A stretch of DNA of 64,000 nt, taken from assembly GCA_050250895.1 (NCBI GenBank), contig JBFWNU010000002.1, forward strand, positions 96,001-160,000. The letters are read 5' to 3'. Each line of letters begins with the position of its first letter. Position 1 is the stretch's first letter. The notes below the pieces were generated by a model, which ran no database searches, had not been told where the DNA came from, and saw nothing but the letters and a program-made list of their open reading frames with translations. Positions 30,335 to 41,187 of this stretch are shown piece by piece. This DNA comes from Vulcanimicrobiota bacterium. GTDB lineage: Bacteria; Vulcanimicrobiota; Xenobia; Xenobiales; JADMJV01. Both the position numbers and the translations under genes were made by a program.

Positions 30335-31501
30335 ATGCGAGAGATTTCCCCCCGGCTGCTCTGGCTTTTGACCACTACGGCCGCCGTCACCGCCGCCAAC
30401 ATCTATATCAGCCAGCCGCTGCTCGAAGAGATCGGCCATAGCTTCGGCCAACTACCGGCCCGCACCGGACTGGTCCTCACCCTGACCCAGCTTGGCTATG
30501 TGGCCGGGCTCGTTCTGCTGGCACCCCTCGGCGACGTGGTCGAGAAGAAGAAGTTGCTGCTGGCCATGCTCGGGGTCGACATCCTGGTGACTCTGGCCGC
30601 CGGCTTGACCACGAGCTTTGCGGTGTTCCTGACTCTAGCCTTCGCGGTTGGTTTTACCAACGTGCAGGCGCAACTGGTCTTTCCCTATGTGGCGGGCCAC
30701 CAGAACGGCAGTCGTAATCTGGGGATGGTGCTCAGCGCCTGTCTGGTGGGAGTGCTTTTGTCGCGAACCTTGAGCGGGCTGGTGGGCGAGCACCTCGGCT
30801 GGAGGGCCGTCTATGTGGTGATGGCCCTCGGATTGAGTCTGCTGGCCCTGGTGCTCTACCGCACCATGCCCGTCGCTCCGCCTGATGACAGACTGTCTTA
30901 CTCCGAGCTGCTGGCCTCGCTCTATGGGTTGTTCCTCAGTCGTCCGCAGGTGCGCTCCATCGCCCTCACGGGCGCGCTCATCTACGGGTCGCTAATGGCC
31001 TTCTGGGCCTCGCTCGCCTTCTATCTGCAGGGGCCAGCTTTCGGCCTGAGACCCGACGCCGTCGGCGCCTTCGGCTTGATCGGGCTGGCCGGCGCCCTGG
31101 CCTCGAACTTGACCGGACGCTACCTCGATCGCCTTCAGGTCAAGCAGTTCTTGCTCGCTCTGATCGCTTTGATGCTGCTTTCCTACTTGGTATTACTGGT
31201 CTCGGGTCCGTCGATTCCGGTCCTGGTGGTGGCCGTCGTGCTGCTCGACCTGGGCGCTCAGGGAGCCAGTATTTCAAATCAATCCGAGATTTACCGACTC
31301 TACAACGACGCCCGCACCCGGCTCAACACCATCTACAAAGTCGTCTACTTTCTCGGCGCCGCCCTGGGCTCGGCTCTATCCACCTGGGCCTGGCAGCACC
31401 AGGGCTGGTCCGGGGTTTGCCTGGTCGGAATCGGCATGCTCCTGTTGGCCGGACTCAACCTCAAGCTGCAGCCCACCTACGAGCCCGCCGTGGCGGCCTA
31501 G
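30335..31501 (+). CDS. MFS transporter
   Basis: About 12 hydrophobic helices; PLGDVVEKKKL; GVLLSRTLSG. Confidence 0.92.
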   Translation: MREISPRLLWLLTTTAAVTAANIYISQPLLEEIGHSFGQLPARTGLVLTLTQLGYVAGLVLLAPLGDVVEKKKLLLAMLGVDILVTLAAGLTTSFAVFLTLAFAVGFTNVQAQLVFPYVAGHQNGSRNLGMVLSACLVGVLLSRTLSGLVGEHLGWRAVYVVMALGLSLLALVLYRTMPVAPPDDRLSYSELLASLYGLFLSRPQVRSIALTGALIYGSLMAFWASLAFYLQGPAFGLRPDAVGAFGLIGLAGALASNLTGRYLDRLQVKQFLLALIALMLLSYLVLLVSGPSIPVLVVAVVLLDLGAQGASISNQSEIYRLYNDARTRLNTIYKVVYFLGAALGSALSTWAWQHQGWSGVCLVGIGMLLLAGLNLKLQPTYEPAVAA

Positions 31502-34146
31502 CCGGAAGTCAAGAACTCGAGGTCGCGGATTACTTCGCTATGGGCGAAGGGGTCGAGGCCAGCTTGACCTTCGAAGTGGCTGAGTGTGTGTTGCTTGTCG
31601 GGCCGCAGCTTGGCGGGAAAGACCCCCGGCGAGAAACACAACTCGAAATCCCCTCGGACCAGGCTCTCTAGCGGACTATCGCTGGCAGGCTCGCGCCAGC
31701 CGCGGTCCAGCAGTTCGAGCAGAGCCTGCTGAGCTACCTGGCGGCCGAGATAGTGGTGGATGGCGTAGCTGGGTCCAAACGCCTGGCGGCCGAGCTGTTC
31801 GAATGGCTGGAGCAGCTGGTAGTCGGCAAAAACGTCTCCCCAGCGCCTGGCCAGGACGGAGTCATACTCCAGGGGATGGATCAGGCCAATCTCCGCCTCG
31901 TTCTCGAGTTCGAAGGCGTTGTCATCGAGGTCGGCCAGCGAGTTGTCCTCGGCGATGCGAAAGGTTGCCTGAGGGCGGTCTTGCTGGTAGGTGGCCCACA
32001 CCAGGTGGCGGGCCAGAGCCACGGCCAGATTGTGATTCAGGATGTAGTTGCGGAAGTCGTCGGCGTTGAACCGTCGCCGAGCGCACATGGCTTGCTCGAA
32101 GCGCCGAGTTTGGACCAACAAAAGCTCGGCCACATCGGGGTCGGGCTCCTTTCGGCTCTGCCAATCGAGTTGCCTCGGCTCGAGTCGGCTGCCGGGCAGG
32201 CAGCGGTCCGCCAGTTGCTCGGTGGCCAGCCCTCGGTCCTGGGCCAGTTCTTCCAACTTGGCCATGGCCGCTTTGCGAAGCCCGGGATAGTGGGCGGCGT
32301 AGGCCATCCGGAAGACTGCTTCCAGCGCCTCTGAAGTAGCCAGAGCGCCGAGGATGTCCAGGCCCGTCACCGCTCGGGCGTGGGCCGACTCGCCCGGCCA
32401 GGCCTCGATCATTGGAACGAGCTGCCGCACGCAGCTCGCGTCGCCCAGCCAGACCAGGGTCCAGAAGGCCCAGTCGTCGCGTGCTTTGCCTCCCGAGTGG
32501 AGCCAACGCTCGAACAAAGCCCAGGCAAATGCGGCCCGCGAATCGGTCGTCAACTGCTCGCGCACCAGCGAGATGCCGGCATAGACCTCGTCGGGGGTCG
32601 AGATGGCCAGCCATTGCACCAGCCTGTTCACGGCCTGGACCGGTAGTCGCTGCTGACATTCGAGCACCAGCGGAGGCAGCTGTTCGAAGTCGAAAAATGC
32701 GACCTTCTTCAGGTCGGGTAGCTTCTTGGGAAGGGCCTCGAGGGGAGTGGTCTCGAGCAGGTCGCGCACCAATTCACCCACCTGGTAACGCTCGGCCACT
32801 TCAGCCACCAGCGAGCCATGACCCTCTCTGACCAGGATTTCGAGCCCCTCTTCGGCGCGGCGGTCCGCCTGAAAGAGAGCTGGTATAAGTCCGATAGCGG
32901 CCGCTTCGGGGTGACGCAAGAGCCAGCGTCGGGCGGGGCGGCGCCGGGTGGGGTGACCGAGTTCGGCCGCCACCAGGGGAGCCAGCCGAGCCCAGCCCGC
33001 GGCCTGGATTTGCGGCAGCACTTCGGCCGGTCGCTCTTGCAACAGGACGGGAAGAGCCGCGGCCATGGCCGTCCCGAATCTGGCCAGGAGATGGTCGGTC
33101 ATCGACCACCCGAGAAAGTCGGCGGCCGGGTCCCAGTTGGCCAGAGCCAGCCGAGCGTCCTGGTCAGACAGATAGAAGAAGTCGACCGCTCCATAGGGGG
33201 GCTCGGGCTGGTAGTCGGGCTTTGGCTTGAAGGTGGGGCGCTCGTGCTCGCGCCAGTCCAGGTAGAGTTCGTGTTCCAGAGGCTCGATAGCCAGCTTCTT
33301 GCGCTTGCGCGATTTCTTTTCTAGCGGCTGGGCCAGCACCTCGGGCCAGTTCTCTGGGGCGGCTTCGGGAAGCCTGCTGTCAGCGCCCCTGGCCGGCAGC
33401 AGGACGGGCCTAAGTTCAGCCGGACAGAGTCGGGCCGTGCCCTCGGGATAGCGACGGGCCGCTTCCAGACAGGCCGCTCGCGCCGCACTATGCTCCCAGC
33501 TAGAAAAGAGCCATTCAAGAGCCGCGTCATCCGGCAAGAGTGCGAGTAAAGAATAGGCTCTGGCGACATCTCGCGCCGGGCGCTCCTCGGCCTGGCTGGT
33601 GCGCTCGAGATACTCCCGTAAGAAGGGAAAAGCGGCTGACCCCAACCGGTCGACCAGAGGATAGAGTCCTTCGATCTCGGGAGGCTCTTGGCGGGCCAGA
33701 GCTTCGGCGCTAGCCACCTCCTTCAGGCTGTGATAAAGCAGTCGGACCAGGCCGAAACCGCCCTCGGGCGGGGTCAGGCGCAGGGCTTCCTGCAGCCAGT
33801 CCTGTCGCTGCGGGAAAAGGTAGGCCCGGGCGATCGACGGATCGGTCGAGGCAGCCCGCTCTTCGGCCCCGCTATAGTCGCAGGCCGCCAGATGCCGGCG
33901 CAAACGTGGCAGAGCGAACTCGGGCCTCTGGGCCAGCAGCAGGACCTCGGTGGTATACTCTGCTCCCCGAGCGGCCATCATCCAGTCCACTTCCAGGGCT
34001 CCCCATCCCCCCCGGCGTGCCTGTTCTATTACGGCCTGATGAGGGGGATCGGCAGGATACTGCCCGGGAAGCCTGGCTGGTGGCGGCAAGGTCGTCTCGC
34101 CAGGCCAGGGATGGAGCCAGTGCCGCAGGTGCGCAGGGAGTCTCAT
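31498..34146 (-). CDS. DUF4132/MolR-like protein
   Basis: WPGESAHARAVTGLDIL, RFEQAM...RR, LARHLVW, IGLIHPLE, DYQLLQPFEQLGR; start moved to MRLPAHL. Confidence 0.8.
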   Translation of the reverse strand: MRLPAHLRHWLHPWPGETTLPPPARLPGQYPADPPHQAVIEQARRGGWGALEVDWMMAARGAEYTTEVLLLAQRPEFALPRLRRHLAACDYSGAEERAASTDPSIARAYLFPQRQDWLQEALRLTPPEGGFGLVRLLYHSLKEVASAEALARQEPPEIEGLYPLVDRLGSAAFPFLREYLERTSQAEERPARDVARAYSLLALLPDDAALEWLFSSWEHSAARAACLEAARRYPEGTARLCPAELRPVLLPARGADSRLPEAAPENWPEVLAQPLEKKSRKRKKLAIEPLEHELYLDWREHERPTFKPKPDYQPEPPYGAVDFFYLSDQDARLALANWDPAADFLGWSMTDHLLARFGTAMAAALPVLLQERPAEVLPQIQAAGWARLAPLVAAELGHPTRRRPARRWLLRHPEAAAIGLIPALFQADRRAEEGLEILVREGHGSLVAEVAERYQVGELVRDLLETTPLEALPKKLPDLKKVAFFDFEQLPPLVLECQQRLPVQAVNRLVQWLAISTPDEVYAGISLVREQLTTDSRAAFAWALFERWLHSGGKARDDWAFWTLVWLGDASCVRQLVPMIEAWPGESAHARAVTGLDILGALATSEALEAVFRMAYAAHYPGLRKAAMAKLEELAQDRGLATEQLADRCLPGSRLEPRQLDWQSRKEPDPDVAELLLVQTRRFEQAMCARRRFNADDFRNYILNHNLAVALARHLVWATYQQDRPQATFRIAEDNSLADLDDNAFELENEAEIGLIHPLEYDSVLARRWGDVFADYQLLQPFEQLGRQAFGPSYAIHHYLGRQVAQQALLELLDRGWREPASDSPLESLVRGDFELCFSPGVFPAKLRPDKQHTLSHFEGQAGLDPFAHSEVIRDLEFLTSG

Positions 34147-34182
34147 CGCGGCCCCTTCGCTATCGGGCGGCGCGAGCCTGGC

Positions 34183-34476
34183 ATGCGGTCGAGCGTTAAC
34201 AAAGAGCCCGCCACCAACAAGGCCCTGGTCGTGCACGATGCCGCAACCCTCGACTTCATGGGGGCCATGGGAGCGGCTCGCATTCTGGCCATCATCGGCA
34301 AAGAAACGCCCGACCTGGCTGGCTCGGTGCGCCTACTCGAGAGCCTGGCCGCGGCCGCGCCGACAAGCATCAAGAGCGGTCCTTACGCCGAGCAACTGGC
34401 CGCCCAACGTCTGGCCGAGATGCGGACCTTCCTCGATCAGTTGCAGGAGGAAAGTTATCAGGGTCAGCATCTCTAG
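34183..34476 (+). pseudogene. C-terminal fragment of an HD-domain hydrolase
   Basis: VHDAATLDFMGAMGAAR resembles the HD-family DAxxLDxxGAxG motif; the N-terminal HD motif is absent. Confidence 0.55.
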
Positions 34477-35279
34477 CGGACCCGCCCCGCCGCCCAATCG
34501 GCCTGGACCTTTTTGAGAATCGTCATACGCTGGGCCAGCGGTGGGTGGCTCAGGCTCTCACCGGTGTGACCGCTGCCGAACTCTTTGATTCCTCGGGCCA
34601 GGAGCTTGTCCAGCGCCGTCCCGAGGCCCTCATGAGAATAGCCGGCTGTGACAGCATAACGAAGCCCGACAATGTCGGCCGTGATTTCATCCGAGTGTTT
34701 CAGCTGGCGCTGATACTTTAGTTCTCCCTCGATGTTCTTGAGTTTGCGCTCGATGTCACTGACCTTGCGATTTACCGTGACCATCTTGCTATGATACTCC
34801 ATCGAATCCGTGCTCTGGGTCTCGGCCTGGATTTTCTGGGCCATCTCCTGGGCCTGGCTGGCTTCGAGCAAAACTTCCAGCATCCGGCGTTGCAGGTTGA
34901 GCACCCGGGCAGTGTGCTGCTCGGTGCCATGAGCGACCTCGTGGGCCAGCACCCCCGCCAACTCGTCGTCGGTCAGGCCCATGTCGAGTAAACCGGTCGA
35001 CACCACCACCACGCCCTCTCCGAAGGTGAAGGCCTGGGGCTCTGTGTCCTCCACGAGGTGAAACTTCCAGGTCACTCGCCGCTTGCTGGCCCGGGCCACC
35101 GTCTCGCCAATCGACTGCACCCGGGCGGCGGCCTGACGGTCCCCCGAAGGCACCAATTTGCCCTGCTGGACGCCCGATTCGTAGACGGCTGTTGCCAGGC
35201 GTGAAATCTCGCTGGTTTGGGCTTGTGCTACCGAGAAAATAGCCAGCAGTAGCATGGTGAGGAAAAGCTGGATTCTCAT
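34473..35279 (-). CDS. M48-family metallopeptidase, exported
   Basis: Signal peptide; QAFTFGEG, ELAGVLAHEVAH, EITAD, SHP. Confidence 0.88.
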   Translation of the reverse strand: MRIQLFLTMLLLAIFSVAQAQTSEISRLATAVYESGVQQGKLVPSGDRQAAARVQSIGETVARASKRRVTWKFHLVEDTEPQAFTFGEGVVVVSTGLLDMGLTDDELAGVLAHEVAHGTEQHTARVLNLQRRMLEVLLEASQAQEMAQKIQAETQSTDSMEYHSKMVTVNRKVSDIERKLKNIEGELKYQRQLKHSDEITADIVGLRYAVTAGYSHEGLGTALDKLLARGIKEFGSGHTGESLSHPPLAQRMTILKKVQADWAAGRVR

Positions 35280-35398
35280 TCGTATGAATTCAAATCGGAA
35301 TGGACTACTCCTCCAAGGTTCTAGGTATGGGGCAAAGTCGATCCACCGGTTCAAGAAAAATTCAGGCCCGGCCGTTATCCTGTCTCAAAGGGAGTGCC

Positions 35399-36541
35399 AT
35401 GCGAATCGATGCAGCCACTCCAGCCAGGCAACCTCTCACCGCCGTCAGCGCCTATATCGACGCCAAGTCGGCTCATATCGAAACCCTCAAGCTAAGGGCC
35501 GTGGACCGCTTCGAGCGGGCCGAGCACCAGGCTGACGGTCAACTGCAGGTGCTGCTTGACGGCCAGCGTCACTCGCGCACCCACGACGGTCTGCTCTTTA
35601 CCGCCATCGGCCTTCTTCCCGCTGCCCTGTGCACAGCCGCCGGCTACACCATGGCCGGTTCTGTCGGCGCTCTGGCCGGAACCGGAGCCGGCCTGGCCCT
35701 GTTCGCGCTACCGGCCACCTTCTTTCTCCACCGGGCTCTCAAAGCGCCCCAGTGGAAAGCCGAGCAACGTCTGGAAATCAACGGCCCCAGCCGTCCCTCG
35801 CTTGAGCCAGCCGGCACTCAGCGGTTGGCCTCGCTGGTTGAAGAGAGCCGTAGTCGGGCTCCTCAAGCTCGCCAGATACTCTTCTTGAGCGGTCACGGCA
35901 ACCGCAGCCAGGTAGCCAACATGGACATGGAAGCCCTCGGCCAGAGCATGGGCGACCACCCCGTCGACATCACCATTCTGGACGCTTGTCTGGTGGGCCA
36001 GCTCGAGGTCATGTCCAGGCTAGCGCCGTGGGCCGGTCTGGTGCTGGCCTCGGCCCATCCCATCCGGGCCCGGGGTCTTGAGCTCGAGAACATCCTGCGG
36101 CCCGAGCACCTCAACCAGCCCGATGCCACCCAGGCCGCCGTAGCCATGGCCAAAGAGGCGGTCAGCACCACCCCGAGCTTTGCCGTCATCGACACCGCTC
36201 GCCTCCAGAGCCAACTGCTACCGGCCCTGGATCGGCTGGGTGAACGGCTGGCGGCCGACCCCGGGCCAGTGCGCCCGGTGCTGGCCCAAAGCTTGTCGAG
36301 CAATGGCTTGTTAAGTGCCCGCGTCGATCTGGGCAGTTTCTTGACCAAACTCAGTGAAGCTCGACCCGACCATCAAGAGGCTCAAGAGGCGCTGCGGGCC
36401 TATCGGGCCTGCGTGCCTTTCCAGAAGAACCAGCACGGAATCTCGTTTCATCTGCGGGCAGGTCGCAACGATCCCACCCTGCCGCTCGGCTGGCGAAAGT
36501 TCCTGACTCAGCTCGATCGTGACTTCAAGCCTCTCTGGTAG
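35399..36541 (+). CDS. Membrane-anchored clostripain/caspase-fold (C11-like) cysteine peptidase
   Basis: LFLSGHG and ILDACL dyad motifs; two TM helices; GGGAG RBS before MRIDAA. Confidence 0.65.
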   Translation: MRIDAATPARQPLTAVSAYIDAKSAHIETLKLRAVDRFERAEHQADGQLQVLLDGQRHSRTHDGLLFTAIGLLPAALCTAAGYTMAGSVGALAGTGAGLALFALPATFFLHRALKAPQWKAEQRLEINGPSRPSLEPAGTQRLASLVEESRSRAPQARQILFLSGHGNRSQVANMDMEALGQSMGDHPVDITILDACLVGQLEVMSRLAPWAGLVLASAHPIRARGLELENILRPEHLNQPDATQAAVAMAKEAVSTTPSFAVIDTARLQSQLLPALDRLGERLAADPGPVRPVLAQSLSSNGLLSARVDLGSFLTKLSEARPDHQEAQEALRAYRACVPFQKNQHGISFHLRAGRNDPTLPLGWRKFLTQLDRDFKPLW

Positions 36542-37538
36542 AGAACTCCTCGAGGCATTCGATCTGGGCCGCCCGCAGGGCCAGCCCGCGCAACTCGTCT
36601 AGTTCGGTCACGGCCGCCAGGGACGCTTCGAGAGCCTTGGGCAAGGCGCCGAAACGACCCACCAAAAGAGATACCACCATCTGGCGCGCCCCTTCCAGTT
36701 GGCCCTCCTGGCGACCCTCAGCCCGGCCTTCCTGGCGACCCTCAGCCCGGCCTTCCTGGCGACCCTCAGCCCGGCCCATCTCAAGGCCCTTCTCGATACC
36801 CATCTGTTCAATCGAGGAAATATACGGCACGTTGTCCTCCTTCTCATACTCTGCCAGCTTCTCTAGAAAATGTAAAGAGTGTGGCGGTGGCAGAGCCATC
36901 AGCCAGTCTAACAGTCGGATCAACTTTGCGATGTCGCCTCGGCTAAAGCCTCGATGGAAGAGACCCCGATAGAGGCGGGCCTTTGTCTCGGCCCGCTTCT
37001 TGTAGTTGCGGCGCGTGGCCTGGGTCCAGAGGTGAAACGACACAAAGGCTGCGAAAGGGTTCTGGTTGTTTTCGAGTTCGTCGAGGCGGGGGCGCAAGTC
37101 GGTCAGTTTCACGACCGGAAACTGGAACTCGGTGCGACATCCAAATCGCTCCCAACTGAATCCTTGTGGACGCCAGCTTGGCGAGGGGTCCGCCAGAATG
37201 GCCAGGCTGCAGATGTCCTCACCGAACCGGTCGAACACGCGATAATGATAGACATAGGCGCGACGAGCAAAGTCCCGGTCATGCTGGGTTTGGACCTCGA
37301 TCTGAAAGTAGAACCGTCCCGGTCGGCCGTTGCGTTGGCGCGCCTGCAGGAGCAGGTCGGTTCGTCTTGGGCCAGCCCTGGCCTGGCGAGTGACGGCTGA
37401 GAGTTCCTTGTCTAGCGAAACGACCGGCGCAGACCAATCGAGTTGGGCGGCGATAGCGGGAAAGAAAAACTCTAGAAACGGTTGGAAGAAGTCGACCAGA
37501 GCGTCTTTCCAGGGAGAATCATAGGCATCGTTTGGCAT
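36525..37538 (-). CDS. Rpn/YhgA-like (PD-(D/E)XK, DUF4351-type) protein, intact
   Basis: YDSPWK, FLEFFFP, LDKEL, IEVQ, YHYRVFDRF, DWLMALP; 24-bp tandem repeats encoding GRAEGRQE. Confidence 0.9.
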   Translation of the reverse strand: MPNDAYDSPWKDALVDFFQPFLEFFFPAIAAQLDWSAPVVSLDKELSAVTRQARAGPRRTDLLLQARQRNGRPGRFYFQIEVQTQHDRDFARRAYVYHYRVFDRFGEDICSLAILADPSPSWRPQGFSWERFGCRTEFQFPVVKLTDLRPRLDELENNQNPFAAFVSFHLWTQATRRNYKKRAETKARLYRGLFHRGFSRGDIAKLIRLLDWLMALPPPHSLHFLEKLAEYEKEDNVPYISSIEQMGIEKGLEMGRAEGRQEGRAEGRQEGRAEGRQEGQLEGARQMVVSLLVGRFGALPKALEASLAAVTELDELRGLALRAAQIECLEEFSTREA

Positions 37539-37598
37539 GGTCGTGGCTACTTCGCCAGAGTCGACGATGGCCCCGTCGAAGGAGTTGCTAACTCTTGT

Positions 37599-40500
37599 TC
37601 ACGATTGGTTCGCTGGCGAACCTATCAGCCTCCGGTAGGTCTGCTCTAGCAAGGGATGGCTCTCTCGCAGAGCGCGCAGGTCCAGGCGGGGTCCGAAGGC
37701 CCGTTCGAGCACCAGGTAGTCCCTTAGAGTGGCCCACTGGGCGGCCTCATCCATCAACTCTCCCAGGCGAAGGTGGTGGGCTCGGCGAGCCAGGGCCTCG
37801 CGCAGGGCCGGTCGCTCCAAAACGCTAGTGAGCCAGGGCCAGCCGGTCATGATATCGAGGCCCTCGGCCAGTCGGTGCAGTTGGTCATCGGCCAGGTGGG
37901 GCAGCCAGGCCAGCGTACCACCGGGAATTTGCTCACTGGCCAGGGCCGCTTGCAGTCGGCGCTCAGGCGAAATCACATCGGCCAGACCCAGCCCCCCTTG
38001 CCGACCACCACCCAGGCGGAGCCACTGGTCGAAGGCGATCCCGTCGCCCGCCAGGGCCTGGGCCAGCAGCGAGCCCTCCAGGCGAACGTCTCGGAAACCG
38101 GGCGGGGGCTCTCCCGGAGTCTTTCCCTGCGACCAGGCAAATAGGTTGAGGGCTTTGTCCGTCACGGCGCCGGTCAGACCGTAGCGCTGGGCCACCGCCC
38201 GGGGGTCGACCAGCCCCAGCCAGGCCACTGCTTCGAGCAACTCCGACGGCTTGCCCTGACCGCGTCGCAGGGCGCGCACCAATCGCCGGGTTAGTCGCGG
38301 CAGGGCCAACTCGCGCAGCGCGTTGAGCCAGTCGGGCTCGCGGCTCCACTCCAGGCCGGAGGGTGGCTCGTAGCTAGCCGCAGAGCCACCGCAGCGAGCC
38401 GCCGCCCGGGCCAGGGTCAGGCTGGTAGGATGGCGCTCGAGCAGATTCTCGAGCCAGTGGCGGTCGCGCGGGTCGGACTGAGTGCCCAGCGCCAAGGCCG
38501 TCTGCTCGAGTTCGTCCATCTCTCGGCAACGGCGCAGGCGGCGACGCAGGGGGCCGGTCAATTCCGGCAGGCGATGGCGCTGGGCCAGCCTCACCAGGGC
38601 GGGTTGCAACCGACCTTTCCAGCGCCGGCCGCCGAGATAGATGCGACCGTCTCGCAGCCAGGCCACCTCGATGAGATCCGTCACCCCAGCCACCGTTACC
38701 GAGGCCAGGCTCAGCAGGTCTTGCAGGCAATCCAGCAACTCTTCGATAGGCAGCAGCACGAGAGCCGGCGGAACTAGAACGTTGCCGCGGTGTTCGTGCC
38801 AGCTGCCGCCTACCCGGCCACCCGCCGACAGACGCAGAACGCGAGCCAGTTGACGCATTCCCTGCAGGCTGGGGCGGCAACCCTCGATAAGCGCCGAGAG
38901 CTTGTGATAGACCGGCCATTCGAGCCAGCCAAACCACCCCTCCCAGCTCAAGGCCACCAGCGTTTGGAGAGGATAGAGCGAGTTCAGCATGCTGGTCGAG
39001 GTGGGCAGGCCCCAGCGTATCCACCAGAACAGGTCCGAAGCACTGGCCGGAACAAAGCCCGGGCTGGTCAGACCCGATCGCAAGCAGAGCGAGGCCCAGG
39101 CCTGGCGACCATCGGACTTGTCTGGCCAACCGGTGGGGGGGCGAACCGACTGGTTGGACCAGGCCACCTCGCCGTCGTCGTACCAACAGTCGAGCGTTTC
39201 CAACGATTCGGGCTTGCCGCGCCCGGTCAGGCGCAATCCGCAGCGGGCCGCAAAACGGCGGCAGAACTCCTCCATCACCAGTTCGCCACCATGGAGGTGG
39301 CTGTAGGTATGATAGCCGAGCAATCCGCCGCCGTTGGTGGCGGCCAGTAGTTTGCGCATCACGATCTTGCCTTGCTGATCCAGACCGTAGACCACTCGCT
39401 TGTTGACCTCCAAGGCATTGAGCACGGCGCTCGAGGCGCACGAGCCACTTTCGAGCGATAGACAGGTGCCAAACGGCACGCCCATCTCGACGATTTGCCA
39501 GGGATCGTTTTCGACTCGCAGAGTCACGGCCCGACCGCTAATCTCGACCCTCTCCTCCAACCCGTCAAGCCAGGCCCGCACCTGCAGGCCACGACCGGCG
39601 GCCTGCTCCAGCCAGGCACGATTTTTGGGCGCCTGTTCACGCCAGTTCGAGAAGTTCCGCAAGCGCTCGAACAGTGGACCCAGCTCTAGCCCCACCCCCA
39701 AGAGGCGGGCTACCCGCCGTGGGTTCTCCTGGGGACCCTTCAGGCGCGTCAACAGCCGCCCGCAGGCTCGCTCTTGGGCCAGCTCAAGACAAGCCCGGCG
39801 CTCGCGCTCGAGAGCTTTGGCCAGATACTTGGCCTGCCGCCGGCCGTTGGCTCTGGCCAGACGCCAACGATGGGTGGGGTCTTCCAGGCGAGCCAGCCGA
39901 GCACTCAACTCGGACCTTTCGGGATAGTCCGCCACCAACTTGCGCAGGACAACCAGTTCGCGGCCATCGTCAGGCTCGAGCCGGGCCGGAAGGGGCGGTT
40001 TGCCCTGCCATTCGCGCAAGCGAACCAGTTCGTCGAGTCCACCCTCGGCCGGCGGCAGGGCGGCCAGCTCGTCGGTCAGGCCAGTGGACGGAAAGAGTTC
40101 ACCGATCACCGAGAGCAGCCTGGCCGTCGGTCGCTTGATTTCTGCCAGCAGCGACAACCCGAAGGCCTCTTTGTGCCCGGCTCGCTGAGCCAGGTTTTTC
40201 AAGGTTTCAGGGGGCACGCCGGCTTCGACCAGTCGGCAATACCAGGTCAGCAAGCGTCGATACTGGCGGCGGCCGAGATTCCACGCAAAGGGCAGGTCCC
40301 GGCCGGGCGACAGCTCGAGGGCGCGCACCACCAGGCTCGCTTCGCCCCCTAGCAAAAAGACAGCCCGGTAGGCCGCTGCCGAGCCAACAGAGAACAGTCG
40401 CGCGGCCTCATTCCAGGCCTTATCCGAGGCTTGCCGAGCCTCGTCCACGAACTCTAGCACCGTGGGGTCGGTCCCCTCCAGGGGCAGAAAGCGACCGGGC

Positions 40501-41132
40501 ACAATCAGCGACACGGCCAGGGCCGAGACCCAATCCCGCTGCTCGACCTGGGCTAGGCTGCGAGCCAGCCAGGCCTGTCGAAACTGACCCAGTCCGCTTT
40601 CCCCGTTGCCGGGGCACAGCGCCATCAGTTCTTCGAGCGACAGCGACAATTCGCCGGCCAGACGCAAGAAGAGACGGGCCTGAACCTGGCGACCCCTTCC
40701 GAGGAATCGCTGGTCAGTCCAGCCTTGCGCCCGGTCGACCCTGCGCAGGTGCGGCCGCCACGGACCCAGCAGGGCGCGCAGCGCGTAGCGCACCGCTGGG
40801 GTCGAGTAGAGCTGGTAGATGAGCAGCAGCGCTCGCCTGGCCGGTTCGGTGAAGTCGACTGGCAGGTGAGCAAAGACGGGCACTTCAAGCTGTGGCGGTT
40901 TGGCCAGTGTCCCCAGTCTGGCCCGCCGGGATGAATCCAGGCGCAGAGCCCGAGCGCCCGTGGCCGCAGCCAGCTGGGCGGGACACGGCGCCAGCTCGTC
41001 GAGCAACAATTCTGCCAGCCTCCGCGGACAGGGAGGCTGAGCGGCCGGCTGCAAGAGCCACCATTCTCCGGTGCTATGAAGGTAGCGAAAGCCCCGTTTT
41101 AGATCGCGTTTTCGCACAGCTAATATTGGCAT
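37599..41132 (-). CDS. Large hypothetical protein (1177 aa)
   Basis: Long uninterrupted ORF; central block DPWQIVEMG..FGTCLSL...NALEVNKRVVY looks like a conserved domain. Confidence 0.7.
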   Translation of the reverse strand: MPILAVRKRDLKRGFRYLHSTGEWWLLQPAAQPPCPRRLAELLLDELAPCPAQLAAATGARALRLDSSRRARLGTLAKPPQLEVPVFAHLPVDFTEPARRALLLIYQLYSTPAVRYALRALLGPWRPHLRRVDRAQGWTDQRFLGRGRQVQARLFLRLAGELSLSLEELMALCPGNGESGLGQFRQAWLARSLAQVEQRDWVSALAVSLIVPGRFLPLEGTDPTVLEFVDEARQASDKAWNEAARLFSVGSAAAYRAVFLLGGEASLVVRALELSPGRDLPFAWNLGRRQYRRLLTWYCRLVEAGVPPETLKNLAQRAGHKEAFGLSLLAEIKRPTARLLSVIGELFPSTGLTDELAALPPAEGGLDELVRLREWQGKPPLPARLEPDDGRELVVLRKLVADYPERSELSARLARLEDPTHRWRLARANGRRQAKYLAKALERERRACLELAQERACGRLLTRLKGPQENPRRVARLLGVGLELGPLFERLRNFSNWREQAPKNRAWLEQAAGRGLQVRAWLDGLEERVEISGRAVTLRVENDPWQIVEMGVPFGTCLSLESGSCASSAVLNALEVNKRVVYGLDQQGKIVMRKLLAATNGGGLLGYHTYSHLHGGELVMEEFCRRFAARCGLRLTGRGKPESLETLDCWYDDGEVAWSNQSVRPPTGWPDKSDGRQAWASLCLRSGLTSPGFVPASASDLFWWIRWGLPTSTSMLNSLYPLQTLVALSWEGWFGWLEWPVYHKLSALIEGCRPSLQGMRQLARVLRLSAGGRVGGSWHEHRGNVLVPPALVLLPIEELLDCLQDLLSLASVTVAGVTDLIEVAWLRDGRIYLGGRRWKGRLQPALVRLAQRHRLPELTGPLRRRLRRCREMDELEQTALALGTQSDPRDRHWLENLLERHPTSLTLARAAARCGGSAASYEPPSGLEWSREPDWLNALRELALPRLTRRLVRALRRGQGKPSELLEAVAWLGLVDPRAVAQRYGLTGAVTDKALNLFAWSQGKTPGEPPPGFRDVRLEGSLLAQALAGDGIAFDQWLRLGGGRQGGLGLADVISPERRLQAALASEQIPGGTLAWLPHLADDQLHRLAEGLDIMTGWPWLTSVLERPALREALARRAHHLRLGELMDEAAQWATLRDYLVLERAFGPRLDLRALRESHPLLEQTYRRLIGSPANQS

Positions 41133-41187
41133 AGGACTCGCGGGCTGTCAACAGGAGGAAAGGCTGTCCTACGAGTAACCACTGGTG

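Noticed and set aside
36700-36780. 24-bp tandem repeats (also 44630-44760) as independent elements
   Set aside because: They are in-frame coding repeats typical of the Rpn C-terminal linker.
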